DNA from: Lentisphaeria bacterium
GTDB lineage: Bacteria > Verrucomicrobiota > Lentisphaeria > JABSQK01 > JAWLHB01
Direction: 5' to 3'
NCBI GenBank assembly: GCA_041690595.1
Contig: JAWLHB010000011.1
Location: 1 to 64,000 of the forward strand
Length of the DNA: 64,000 bases
In this document: positions 48,598-57,635 of the stretch, in pieces
Layout: every line of letters begins with the position of its first letter
How positions within the stretch are numbered: position 1 is the first letter of the stretch
The notes under the pieces: model-generated
The model's input: only the letters and a program-made list of their open reading frames with translations
The model's database searches: none
Told to the model about the DNA's origin: nothing
Program-made: the position numbers and the translations under genes

Positions 48598-49704
48598 ATG
48601 GCAGGCACCCTGCGTGTGGAAGAAGAAAAGCCCACTGAAGTGAGCACTGAAGTCGTGGGCAATAGATGTGAGGATGAAACTTCGCACTCGGACAAGCTTG
48701 GCTATCGCCGGCAATCCGTCTGGGTCAGTGAACTCTTCAACATCACCGGCGCCTTGGTTTTGCTTCTCCTTGCCGCCCCGATCATTCTCCTCATCACGCT
48801 GGTCGTTTGGGTTCGCGAAGGACGTCCCATCTTCTATCGGGGTGCGCGGCTGGGAATCAACAAGGAGATCTTCTTCATGTTCAAGTTCCGTAGTCTGGTG
48901 ACAGACGCGGAAGCTCAGCTGCGCGAGAATCTTCTCGGCAAACGTTGCGATTTGGTGACGTCGACAGGAAAATTTCTTCGGGAGACGCGGCTGGATGAAC
49001 TGCCGCAGCTCTTCAATGTGCTGCGTCGCGACATGGACCTGGTGGGGCCACGACCGGTTCGTCCGCTGGTCTATGAGAAGATGTGCCAGCAGATCCCAAA
49101 CTATGACCGCCGCTTCGAGGTGCGACCCGGCTTGGTAGGCTTCTCGCAGATCTTTACGCCTCATTCGACCCCGAAGGAGATTCGTTCCCTGATCGACAAT
49201 CGCCTCCTGCGCAAGAAGGAGAAGGTGTGGTGGAGTGTCAAGGCGCTGGTACTTACGGCCTGCCTTCTGGTTAGAACCTTCGTTCTGAAGGTTCACGGCA
49301 TCTTCATGTACAAGCTGGTGCAGCAAGTGCTGCTGCGGCGGTACAACGAGAAGCGGCGTTACGATCGGATCCGAACCCGGAATGCAACCTGTCTGCTGCC
49401 GACCCTGGGCGGGGAGCATGACTATCGTGCGGTCGGTGAGGTGCTGGACATCAATGTAGAGGCCTTTCTCTTGCGCACGGATGTGCCCTTGCCTCAGGAG
49501 ACGCTGCCCCGGTTGCGACTGGAGATCATTGTCCGTAAAACAGGCCGGGGCAACGGGAAGCGCAAGTTTGCGATCTGCCGGGGGCAGATCATGCGGACCA
49601 TGCAGCGGAATGGCGGGTGGGAGTACGTGATCCAGTATGAGCCATCCAGCCCCCTGAACTGCTACTTGGTCGCGCAGTATTTTCTCCGCGAAAGCGTCGG
49701 CTGA
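48598..49704 (+). CDS. Priming polyprenyl-phosphate glycosyl-1-phosphate transferase with C-terminal PilZ-like domain
   Basis: PIFYRGARLG..FFMFKFRSL, GKFLRETRLDELPQLFNVLRRDMDLVGPRP and VRPGLVG, then EKRRYDR...GEVLDINVEAF...CRGQIMR...YVIQY. Confidence 0.88.
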   Translation: MAGTLRVEEEKPTEVSTEVVGNRCEDETSHSDKLGYRRQSVWVSELFNITGALVLLLLAAPIILLITLVVWVREGRPIFYRGARLGINKEIFFMFKFRSLVTDAEAQLRENLLGKRCDLVTSTGKFLRETRLDELPQLFNVLRRDMDLVGPRPVRPLVYEKMCQQIPNYDRRFEVRPGLVGFSQIFTPHSTPKEIRSLIDNRLLRKKEKVWWSVKALVLTACLLVRTFVLKVHGIFMYKLVQQVLLRRYNEKRRYDRIRTRNATCLLPTLGGEHDYRAVGEVLDINVEAFLLRTDVPLPQETLPRLRLEIIVRKTGRGNGKRKFAICRGQIMRTMQRNGGWEYVIQYEPSSPLNCYLVAQYFLRESVG

Positions 49705-49866
49705 TCAAATCGGGGAACAAGAATGCGACGCCGTGGGCGCCGTGGCGACAGCGCGCTTTCTTGTAATGAGCTGGTGATTTCGCCATATTAGTTTTGCGGA
49801 TGTGCGGGGGTACGTCAGCCCTAAACCTGAACCCCTCAAAACCGTCACACCCAAAGGTGAACCAAT

Positions 49867-50187
49867 ATGTCGGAAGAAAAAGTTCCGTATCTGACCGAGA
49901 CCGATGATCCCGACGCGAAGTCGGGTGACACAATCCACTGCTGTTCGGAGGCAATGAAGATGATGAAAGAGAAGATGAACACCGTGATCGACGACATAAG
50001 CAGCCGCGCAGGGGTGGTTGGCGCCAAGTTCCATGAAGGCACCAGCCGCGCGGGCGAGTATACGAAAGCCGGCCTGCACCGGACGGAAGAAGGCATCAAG
50101 CATCACCCGATGAGCTCGATCCTCACCGCCATCGGTGTCGGTGTCGCCATCGGTTTCCTGCTTGCCTGGCGTGGTAACCGTCATTGA
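49867..50187 (+). CDS. DUF883 (ElaB/YqjD-like) tail-anchored protein
   Basis: C-terminal IKHHPMSSILTAIGVGVAIGFLLAWR. Confidence 0.8.
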   Translation: MSEEKVPYLTETDDPDAKSGDTIHCCSEAMKMMKEKMNTVIDDISSRAGVVGAKFHEGTSRAGEYTKAGLHRTEEGIKHHPMSSILTAIGVGVAIGFLLAWRGNRH

Positions 50188-50204
50188 TCGAGCGAACGTA
50201 GCGA

Positions 50205-50230
50205 GAGCCGCCCGCCTCCACGGGCGGCTC
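50205..50230 (+). terminator. GC-rich stem-loop after the DUF883 gene (no strong U-tract)
   Basis: GAGCCGCCCG-CCTCCA-CGGGCGGCTC, perfect 10-bp stem. Confidence 0.5.
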
Positions 50231-50296
50231 CTTGCCCCCTTCCAGGAACTCCAGAATTCGCTCATTATTATCAGCACGACGGGGAGTATAAACCGT

Positions 50297-50701
50297 ATGC
50301 TATTCTTCTCTAAAAACGACTCCGGCAAGCCCGGTGTGAGGGATCTGGTCAACCGGTGGACCACCAGCCTTCTGACGAATTTTCACTTACGCGCTCGCCT
50401 GGCCACGCTCGAAATACAGGAATTTCTCGACTACTGGAAGATTGTGGCCTTGCTCATCGGCATCGGCGCCGCGGCAGCCTTTACTGCATTCCTCCTGGTC
50501 AACGCACTCATCCTGGTCCTTTTCCAGGATCACCTGGTGGCGGCGACGGCGATCATGCTGGGCATCTACGTGCTCTTGACGGCAGGCGTGATCCTGGCGA
50601 TCTTCGCCATGAAGAAAAACGCACCGAGCCTGCTTGGCGATACCCTTGAGGAGGTTCGCAAGGACGTGCAAATGCTTTCGGAGGGTCATGATCATGAGTA
50701 G
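50297..50701 (+). CDS. YqjE-like (holin superfamily III) membrane protein
   Basis: LRARLATLEIQE, two TM helices, TLEEVRKDVQML. Confidence 0.78.
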   Translation: MLFFSKNDSGKPGVRDLVNRWTTSLLTNFHLRARLATLEIQEFLDYWKIVALLIGIGAAAAFTAFLLVNALILVLFQDHLVAATAIMLGIYVLLTAGVILAIFAMKKNAPSLLGDTLEEVRKDVQMLSEGHDHE

Positions 50702-51020
50702 TGCCTTACGTGAAGAAAAACGCAAGCTTCGGGAGCAGATCAGCGCGGAGCGCACGCGAGCAACCTTGGCGTACAACCGCCTTCGCGAGCGCGGTTCCAA
50801 CTTCAAGAGCTACTTCAGCATTGGCCGGCAGGTCGCGTTGATGACTGGGGGCATCCGCTCGATCCAGCGTATGACCACGGGCAACAAGCGCTCCATCATG
50901 ACCTGGCTGAGGGTCTTTCTCATGCTGCCGACGGCCGGCACCCTGCTGACCTACATTGTGAAGCTGAAGAAGCAGGCCCGCAACGCCAAGCTGGGCAAGC
51001 CCGATCTGCCCGCCACCTGA
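50694..51020 (+). CDS. YqjK-like hypothetical protein
   Basis: LREEKRKLREQISAER..LA N-terminus, and position after YqjD/YqjE-like genes. Confidence 0.6.
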   Translation: MSSALREEKRKLREQISAERTRATLAYNRLRERGSNFKSYFSIGRQVALMTGGIRSIQRMTTGNKRSIMTWLRVFLMLPTAGTLLTYIVKLKKQARNAKLGKPDLPAT

Positions 51021-51028
51021 GCTTTCCC

Positions 51029-53551
51029 TTACCGCCATTCATGCTTCGGATAGCGCTTCGAGAGCTGTTTGCGCAGCTCAGGGTAGAGGTTTGCCCAGAA
51101 TCCGCGTAGATCATCGGTGATCTGGACGGCGCGCATGTTGGGTGCCTGTATCTCGATCAGCAGTTTGACCCTGCCACCGGCGATGGATGGGGTTTCGTCG
51201 AGTCCGTACAGATCCTGAATGCGGGCGCGTCCGCGGGGCGTCTGTCCGACCACGTAGTCGATCTGCATGCGGCGTCCGCTCGGCAGCATGATCCGCTCCG
51301 GTGCCATCTCCTCCACGAATTGCTGAGCTTTCCACGTGAGGGCGTTCTTGACGTACGGCAGACAGGGCTTGGTGCGAATGCCGGCATAGCTTCTTTCACC
51401 GGCGCAGATTTCATGAACGATCAGGTCGACCTCCGTCTCATCGTAGGTGATAAGGCCGTGATCCGGCATGATGTCGGCGAGCCAGCGAACCCGCTCGATC
51501 CATGCCTTCACATCCTTGTCCCAACCGCGCAACTGCAAGTGCTCCTTGCGCACCAGGTCGGCCAGCATGGCGGCGGCGATCTCTTCGCTCACCTCCGGCG
51601 AGCGGCTGTTCTCGAGGACGAGTCCCAGGCAACGGATCGTCACGTGCAGGTCGACGACCTTGCGGATGATATCCCAGACTGGTTCTTCGCGAATCTCCCA
51701 TTCATCGGGAAAGAGCTCGTCCAACCACTCTCGTGGAACTTCACTGACGAGCGTCAGAAGGACCCGTGATTCGGTGCCGGGTCCGCTGATCTCCCGGCAT
51801 TCTCCCGCGACGAGGAGTTCTGCCTGACGCAGAGTCGACTCGCGGGCAAGTTCGGCGCGCCGGCCGTCGGACAGGTCGCAGAGGAGGGTACCTTTGTCGC
51901 GCCGTTTGGCGAGGTGCTCGGGAAAGGCCAGGAGAAGGGACTTTAGAAGGTCGGCGGCACACCCCGATTGGTGACTTTGCAATCCTTCCCTGCGGGCGAT
52001 GGCGAGAAAATAGTCGCGGGTACGCCAAACCTGCCTGGCCGGCGAGGCATAAATACCGGCATCCTCGCAGCTCTGGCGGTCGAACCGTACGTGGTGAGCA
52101 TGCTCGAGGGCATCGAGCAGGGGAAAAAAGTCAGAAGCGAGGCCATCGCGCTCGGTCTTGCCGGCGAAGTCGATGACTCTCTGGAATCCCCCTTTGCGGG
52201 TAGCGTAAACCGGGGCTTCGGATAGGATGGCTGCAATCATGGCGGCATCGGCAAGAACACCCCTGCGGCCCGCTTCCAGCATCAGACAGGCGAGGCGGGG
52301 ATGGGCGGGGTATCTGACCAGAGCTCTGCCGCGTTGGGTGAGCTCTCCCGTCTGCCGATCGATGGCACCGATCTGGCGCAACTCCTGCTCGGCGATCTGC
52401 ACGGCCGTTGGCGTGGGCGTTTCGAGCAGTGGCAGTTTATCTAACGAGCGGAAGCCAAAGGTGCGCAGCTGCAGGAGTGGTTCGGCAAGATCGACGCGCC
52501 GGATCTCTGGTTCCGTGGAGGGGGGGCGCGAGTCCTGCTGATGGCGACTCCACAGGCGTATGCAGGTGCCGGGGGCCTGACGGCCGGCTCGTCCAGCCCG
52601 CTGGTCGGCAGAGAACTTGCTGGTGGGCTCCAACTGGAGCATGTTGAAGCCCCGGGCCGCATCGTAGCGGTTGATCCGCGCCAGCCCGGAATCGATCACG
52701 TGACGTACGCCGTCAATGGTGAGAGAGGTTTCGGCTATGTTGGTGGCGACGACGATCTTACGTCCGTCCACCGGTTGCATGGCAGCTGCCTGCTGTTCGG
52801 GCGGCAGATTGCTGTAGAGAGGCAGACAGACGAGTCGCTCGGCGCTCTTCAGATTCCGGCAAAGCTCGATGGTGCGGCGGATCTCATGGGCACCAGGCAT
52901 GAAGATCAGGATATCGCCCTGTGCCGGTGTGGCCAGCAGTTGCCGAAGTGCCCGGATGGCCTTGTCCCAGGGCGCTTCCTTATTGTCCCCCGGCAGATAC
53001 GAGATATCGACGGGATATTGTCGCCCCTCGGCGGCCAGCACATTGCTGCCGGGCAGGTAGTCAATCAGGATCCGTGTATCCAGTGTCGCCGACATCACGA
53101 TCAGTCGCAGATCGGTTCGCTTCTCCTGCAGGTGTCGTATCATGGCGAGACCAAGGTCGGCATTGACGGAACGCTCGTGAAACTCGTCGAAGATGATGGT
53201 GCCGATCCCTTCCAGGAGTGGGTCGTCCTGGAGACGGCGCAGGAGAATACCATCAGTCACGTAGGTGATGCGGGTGTAGGCGCCGACGGCATGTTCGAAG
53301 CGGGTGATGAAGCCGATCTCGCCCCCCGGCTGTTGGTCGCGTTCTTCGGCTACGCGGGTTGCCAGCATGCGCGCGGCCAGGCGCCGCGGCTGCAGCACCA
53401 GAACGCCGCCGAACTCCGGCTGCCGGTCGATGATGTACTGCGGAACCTGCGTGGACTTGCCGGATCCGGTAGGCGAGGTCAGGATCAGCCGTCGGTCGTT
53501 GCCGATGGCGGCAAGAATGGCATCACGATGGTCGAGAATGGGCAGAGGCAT
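51029..53551 (-). CDS. hrpB: ATP-dependent RNA helicase HrpB
   Basis: PTGSGKSTQVP, QPRRLAAR, DEFHERS, MSAT, TNIAETSLTIDG, QRAGRAGR and C-terminal QITDDLRGFW..YP..RYPKHEW. Confidence 0.96.
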   Translation of the reverse strand: MPLPILDHRDAILAAIGNDRRLILTSPTGSGKSTQVPQYIIDRQPEFGGVLVLQPRRLAARMLATRVAEERDQQPGGEIGFITRFEHAVGAYTRITYVTDGILLRRLQDDPLLEGIGTIIFDEFHERSVNADLGLAMIRHLQEKRTDLRLIVMSATLDTRILIDYLPGSNVLAAEGRQYPVDISYLPGDNKEAPWDKAIRALRQLLATPAQGDILIFMPGAHEIRRTIELCRNLKSAERLVCLPLYSNLPPEQQAAAMQPVDGRKIVVATNIAETSLTIDGVRHVIDSGLARINRYDAARGFNMLQLEPTSKFSADQRAGRAGRQAPGTCIRLWSRHQQDSRPPSTEPEIRRVDLAEPLLQLRTFGFRSLDKLPLLETPTPTAVQIAEQELRQIGAIDRQTGELTQRGRALVRYPAHPRLACLMLEAGRRGVLADAAMIAAILSEAPVYATRKGGFQRVIDFAGKTERDGLASDFFPLLDALEHAHHVRFDRQSCEDAGIYASPARQVWRTRDYFLAIARREGLQSHQSGCAADLLKSLLLAFPEHLAKRRDKGTLLCDLSDGRRAELARESTLRQAELLVAGECREISGPGTESRVLLTLVSEVPREWLDELFPDEWEIREEPVWDIIRKVVDLHVTIRCLGLVLENSRSPEVSEEIAAAMLADLVRKEHLQLRGWDKDVKAWIERVRWLADIMPDHGLITYDETEVDLIVHEICAGERSYAGIRTKPCLPYVKNALTWKAQQFVEEMAPERIMLPSGRRMQIDYVVGQTPRGRARIQDLYGLDETPSIAGGRVKLLIEIQAPNMRAVQITDDLRGFWANLYPELRKQLSKRYPKHEWR

Positions 53552-53576
53552 GAAGGTTGCTCAGGCGCCGGTGCGA

Positions 53577-54968
53577 TCAGGCACGATGGATTCCGGTGAG
53601 AATTGAGGCAGGCTCGGCGTCTGACGATGAACCCAGCGCTTGCTGGAGTTCGTCTTCCAGCGTGGTGTCGGGCAGATGCAGGGCTGGATCGAGAGAGAAG
53701 CTCTGGCAGATCGCCTCGAGGCGTTTCCACGGCGAATGGATCTCCGGGCCGGTTTGTTCCTGCTTGAGCGGCAGGTGATACGCGGCATGCCACTTGCGGA
53801 TGGCCTGGATGACCAGCTCAGGCGAGAAGAGCTGAGATGCAAGCCGATCCATCTCCAGAATGAGACCCGGCGCGAGGCCTCGAGCATTCTCCAGATGCCA
53901 GCGGGCGACGGATTGACCGGCGAGCACCAACGCAATGGCGAGGAAGGCGAAGGCGGATGTCGGGGCGAGAGCGGCCAGCCATGAGGCAGCAATCATCACC
54001 AGAACCTGAACGATGATGGCTCCGCGCGTAAGGATATGCATGTGATGCTTGCTGTAGCGCTGCATGTCGATGAAGAGCATGGCGGCAAGCTCATCGCGGC
54101 TCAGCGCCTGGAAGGTAGCGCGATTGAGGACATAGCTGAATCGATGTGGATCACCGGGAAAGAGCAGGTCATTCCTGAAAGAGGAACGTTCGTTCGAGGT
54201 CACGACGAGCAACTCCGGTACGGCAAGATTGTACCGACTGGCCAACTCGCGCAGGCGCGCCTCCAGTTCCTCGTCTTCGAGAGGTTCGGCCTGCCAGGAT
54301 GCCATGCAGAGCATCGGCAGGAGACGCGCGATCAGGAGAGATGCGGCCAGTATGGTCAGGCCTGTGATCAAGCGTGTCTGGAAGGAATGGCTGTCCCGCC
54401 AGACCGGCAGGCATGGAATGGTCATGCAGGCGACGAGGAGCCAGGAGCGTACCACCTGCATGGGGATGTGGTTGATCAGGTGACCGAGAAAATTTCTCTC
54501 GCCTTGCGGCATGTGCTGGGCCGCCAGGTAGTCGATCGCGCCATTGCGGATGAGCCAGCAGGCGTAGCAGGCGGCCACCATCAGCATGGTGAGCATGGCG
54601 GCGGCTCCAGGCAGCCAGCGCCCGATCGGGAAGAAAAGGGCCGAGATCCAGAGCATCAGAACAAAGAGGGTAGATCTGCCAACCCAGCGCTGGGATAGCG
54701 CGGCGAGGCGCATGTTCACCTCGAGTGGATGGCGCATGGACTGGTCGAGTTCCCGCGCGGCAACAACGGTGAAAAGCAGTGAATAGGTGGCGAATATCGC
54801 CAACCGACTGATGTCGACCAGCAACGCCCCCGTCCAGGCATTCAGCGTTGTCAACTCGCTCCCGCTGCCGCCGAAGCCCGTGCCCAACACCAGCACCACA
54901 GGCAGAGCCGCGGCGATGATCAGCCCGACAGCCATCATGCCGCCGATCTTTTCGAATCTGGAATTCAC
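53577..54968 (-). CDS. Membrane protein with M48/Ste24-like domain lacking HExxH
   Basis: Multiple TM helices, PLEDEELEARLRELA, LSRDELAAMLFIDMQR (where HExxH is expected), EMDRLA and HSPWKRLEAI. Confidence 0.65.
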   Translation of the reverse strand: MNSRFEKIGGMMAVGLIIAAALPVVLVLGTGFGGSGSELTTLNAWTGALLVDISRLAIFATYSLLFTVVAARELDQSMRHPLEVNMRLAALSQRWVGRSTLFVLMLWISALFFPIGRWLPGAAAMLTMLMVAACYACWLIRNGAIDYLAAQHMPQGERNFLGHLINHIPMQVVRSWLLVACMTIPCLPVWRDSHSFQTRLITGLTILAASLLIARLLPMLCMASWQAEPLEDEELEARLRELASRYNLAVPELLVVTSNERSSFRNDLLFPGDPHRFSYVLNRATFQALSRDELAAMLFIDMQRYSKHHMHILTRGAIIVQVLVMIAASWLAALAPTSAFAFLAIALVLAGQSVARWHLENARGLAPGLILEMDRLASQLFSPELVIQAIRKWHAAYHLPLKQEQTGPEIHSPWKRLEAICQSFSLDPALHLPDTTLEDELQQALGSSSDAEPASILTGIHRA

Positions 54969-55147
54969 CTCGCGCCTCTATCCTGCCATGCTCGTTTATT
55001 TGCCAGTCGCCGTGACATATAGAGTAGTTGTCATGCCGGTGAAAGCAAGTCGCGGCAAGTGCGTTCGGCGTGCTTGCGGTTGCCGATAGGTGCGATATTG
55101 TGTAACCAGGCGGGGGGCAGTACAGCACACCCAAACAGCAGAGTTCA

Positions 55148-56416
55148 ATGGCGGTAGAATCACAGCCCGTTGACTTGCGCGCGTTGATCCTGCGCGGCAT
55201 CGAGACAGAGGAGCTCGATTACAAAGCTGCACAGAACTGGCGCCTCCTCGCGCGTGGCGGCAAAGCCAAGTTTGCCCGCCATTGCCTGGCACTTGCCAAT
55301 ACGAAGGGCGGCTACATCGTGGTCGGGGTGGGGGAGGATGCTTTCGGTCGACCGGCTGACTTCACCGGCCTGACGGAGGCGGAAGCAAAGTCATTCGATC
55401 CCACTGATGTCGGCAGCTTCATCAATCGTTGTGCCGATCCGCCGATCGACTTCGAGATCGAGAAGCCGGTGGTGGATGGACGTCAGTATGTGATCTTCGT
55501 GGTCCGGCGTTTTTCAGACATGCCGCATGTCTGCGTCTATTCGCTGAACCATGAGTTGACGCAGGGGGCGTTCTATATCCGCACGAAAGAGGCCTCCAGC
55601 CGGGTAGCCTACCGTGCATCGGAGATTCACGCTCTCATTCAGCGTTCGCTGCGCAATCAGCGCGAGCATCTGGCGAGAATGCTGCGGGGTATCCTCTACG
55701 AGAGCCGTCAGTCGACCGAGCCTGATGCCGAGCAGCTTTTTCGCGAGCAGGTGCGCGTCTCGCGAGAGTTTACGGACCGTCACCTGAGGGCGGACAAGCA
55801 TTCCGGACAGCCGCTTGGCGTGGTGGCTTTTCCGCATCAGTTTATCGATCAGCGCTTCAGTCTGTCCGACTTGCGCCAAGCGGTCAGCGAGGCCAATTAT
55901 ACCTTCCGCGGGAACCCTTTCGCCACGATCGGCAGTGACGAGCAGACTTATTTCACCAACGTATCGATGCGCAGCTACCTTCAGGATCAGCCGGCCTTCT
56001 GGCAGATCTTTCAGTCTGGACTCTTTCATCATCATTCGCGCCTGCCGCTCCATCATGAAGGAGTGGCCTACGATGAGTTGCGATGGCGGGTCGCGGAGGC
56101 CGTCTTTTTTGTGGGACAGCTCTACTCGGCGCTTGGCTGCGAAGAAGACCTGATCACCCTGGAGTTTCATCTCGACGATGTGGAAGGGAGACGCCTGAGC
56201 GTACCGCCGGAAGCAGCCGGCAGCCTGCGCTATACCTGCAGAATTCCCGCGATTCATGTTCAGATAGCGCGAAGCGCTCCGAATCTGGTCGGCAGTGCGG
56301 CCCAGCACAGTGCCCGTATCATCCGCGAGATCAGCGAGCGCTTCAACTATCCCGCGGGAAAGCACGGAAGTCTCGAGGAGAGCCTCAATCAATTCTATCA
56401 GCGCGATCCGGGCTGA
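55148..56416 (+). CDS. Schlafen/AlbA_2-domain protein
   Basis: ETEELDYK, LALANTKGGYIVVGVGED and FYIR N-terminal AlbA_2 motifs, followed by an uncharacterised C-terminal domain. Confidence 0.82.
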   Translation: MAVESQPVDLRALILRGIETEELDYKAAQNWRLLARGGKAKFARHCLALANTKGGYIVVGVGEDAFGRPADFTGLTEAEAKSFDPTDVGSFINRCADPPIDFEIEKPVVDGRQYVIFVVRRFSDMPHVCVYSLNHELTQGAFYIRTKEASSRVAYRASEIHALIQRSLRNQREHLARMLRGILYESRQSTEPDAEQLFREQVRVSREFTDRHLRADKHSGQPLGVVAFPHQFIDQRFSLSDLRQAVSEANYTFRGNPFATIGSDEQTYFTNVSMRSYLQDQPAFWQIFQSGLFHHHSRLPLHHEGVAYDELRWRVAEAVFFVGQLYSALGCEEDLITLEFHLDDVEGRRLSVPPEAAGSLRYTCRIPAIHVQIARSAPNLVGSAAQHSARIIREISERFNYPAGKHGSLEESLNQFYQRDPG

Positions 56417-56835
56417 TCCGTATCTTCCAGATCCTCGTCTTCCAGATCCTCGGGCAATTCCTGTCCTTCGAGCATCTCATCATGGCTCGCCTGTTCGTTG
56501 CCGTGCTCTGCCAGATCCGCTTGCCACGCCTGCTCGTCGAAGGCATCCGCATGGGGCGCTTCGCCACCGCTCATGGCGGGAGGATCGGCCGGATTGCGGT
56601 TATCCGTTCCGGCAAGCATCATCTCGTCCGACTGTTCAGGGGAGAGCGCTCCCAATTGGAGCTCCTGCCGAGCCTGGCGCCGGTCTTCGTTGGTAACATC
56701 GTCTGGAGACATGCCGCGGATCACCGCCAGTTCGCGAGCCCGTTCTTCGATTCGTTCCAAATCGGGAAGCTCCCGGCGCTTATCCTGAAAGCCCAACTGG
56801 TTCTCGATATCGCGCGATCCCTTTTCCTCTCTCAT
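56398..56835 (-). CDS. Acidic hypothetical protein
   Basis: Strong RBS (AGGAAGAGGAAG). IEERARELAVIRG..EDRRQARQEL helix followed by a D/E-rich tail. Confidence 0.65.
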   Translation of the reverse strand: MREEKGSRDIENQLGFQDKRRELPDLERIEERARELAVIRGMSPDDVTNEDRRQARQELQLGALSPEQSDEMMLAGTDNRNPADPPAMSGGEAPHADAFDEQAWQADLAEHGNEQASHDEMLEGQELPEDLEDEDLEDTDQPGSR

Positions 56836-56946
56836 GGTGCTTCCTCTTCCTGTGAAGATGGTTTGTCTGTGCACCTGAGACCGAGCAAGGCGCTTGCCAA
56901 TTGAAGGCGAAGCTGGGCTGGGCGGGATTGCGTTAAGAAGCGTGAA

Positions 56947-56992
56947 GGCAAGGGCACAGGTGTAAAGCGGGCGCTTCACCTGTGCCCTTGCC
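56947..56992. terminator. Long stem-loop downstream of slyD
   Basis: GGCAAGGGCACAGGTG / CACCTGTGCCCTTGCC perfect 16-bp inverted repeat with inner AAGCG/CGCTT. Confidence 0.6.
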
Positions 56993-57006
56993 AGGCACGG
57001 CCGAGA

Positions 57007-57486
57007 TCAGTGAGCGTGGCCGTGGTCGTGCACGTGGCCGTGGTCGAGTTCTTCCTTGCTGGCGTCACGCACCTTTTCCACATCGATGTGGAAATGTAGC
57101 GTTTCGCCCGCGAGGGGATGATTGCCGTCGACGGTTACTTCGTCATCTCCAACTTCGAGCACGTGAATGAGGTGGGGGCCCTGAGGCGTCTGCGCCTGAA
57201 AGGACATGCCAGGCTCGAGCTCGTCAACGCCGCCGAATGCAGAGCGCGGTACCTTCTGCACCAATTCTTCATGGCGTTCGCCGTAGCCGTCTTCCGGCTT
57301 GATCGATACATCGAAGCTGTCGCCAGCTTGATGATCGCTCATGGCGTTCTCGAGGCCGGGGATGATCCCGCCGTTACCGTGCAGGTAGGCAAGCGGCTCG
57401 CCGCCATCCGACGAGTCCAAGACTTCGCCGGCATCGTTCGTTAGCGTGTAGTTGAAGTAAACTACGCTGTTGTCGCCAATCTTCAT
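57007..57486 (-). CDS. slyD: FKBP-type peptidyl-prolyl isomerase SlyD
   Basis: MKIGDNSVVYFNYTL, PLAYLHG..IIPGLE, DGNHPLAGETLHF and His-rich tail HGHVHDHGHAH. Confidence 0.96.
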   Translation of the reverse strand: MKIGDNSVVYFNYTLTNDAGEVLDSSDGGEPLAYLHGNGGIIPGLENAMSDHQAGDSFDVSIKPEDGYGERHEELVQKVPRSAFGGVDELEPGMSFQAQTPQGPHLIHVLEVGDDEVTVDGNHPLAGETLHFHIDVEKVRDASKEELDHGHVHDHGHAH

Positions 57487-57635
57487 GAGGTCGTTCCAAT
57501 GCTGAGAATAAACGCTATTGCTGCCGACCCTTATCGTCATGCGGACACAGCGACAAGAATCCCGATTGAGTACCATAGCATAATGCACCAGGGGTTGCCA
57601 TGGTCTCTGATGAAACGACGTTCCTGGCGTTGGCG

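Noticed and set aside
50297..50701. Prophage holin
   Set aside because: The context is yqjDEK-like, with no endolysin, integrase or structural phage genes.
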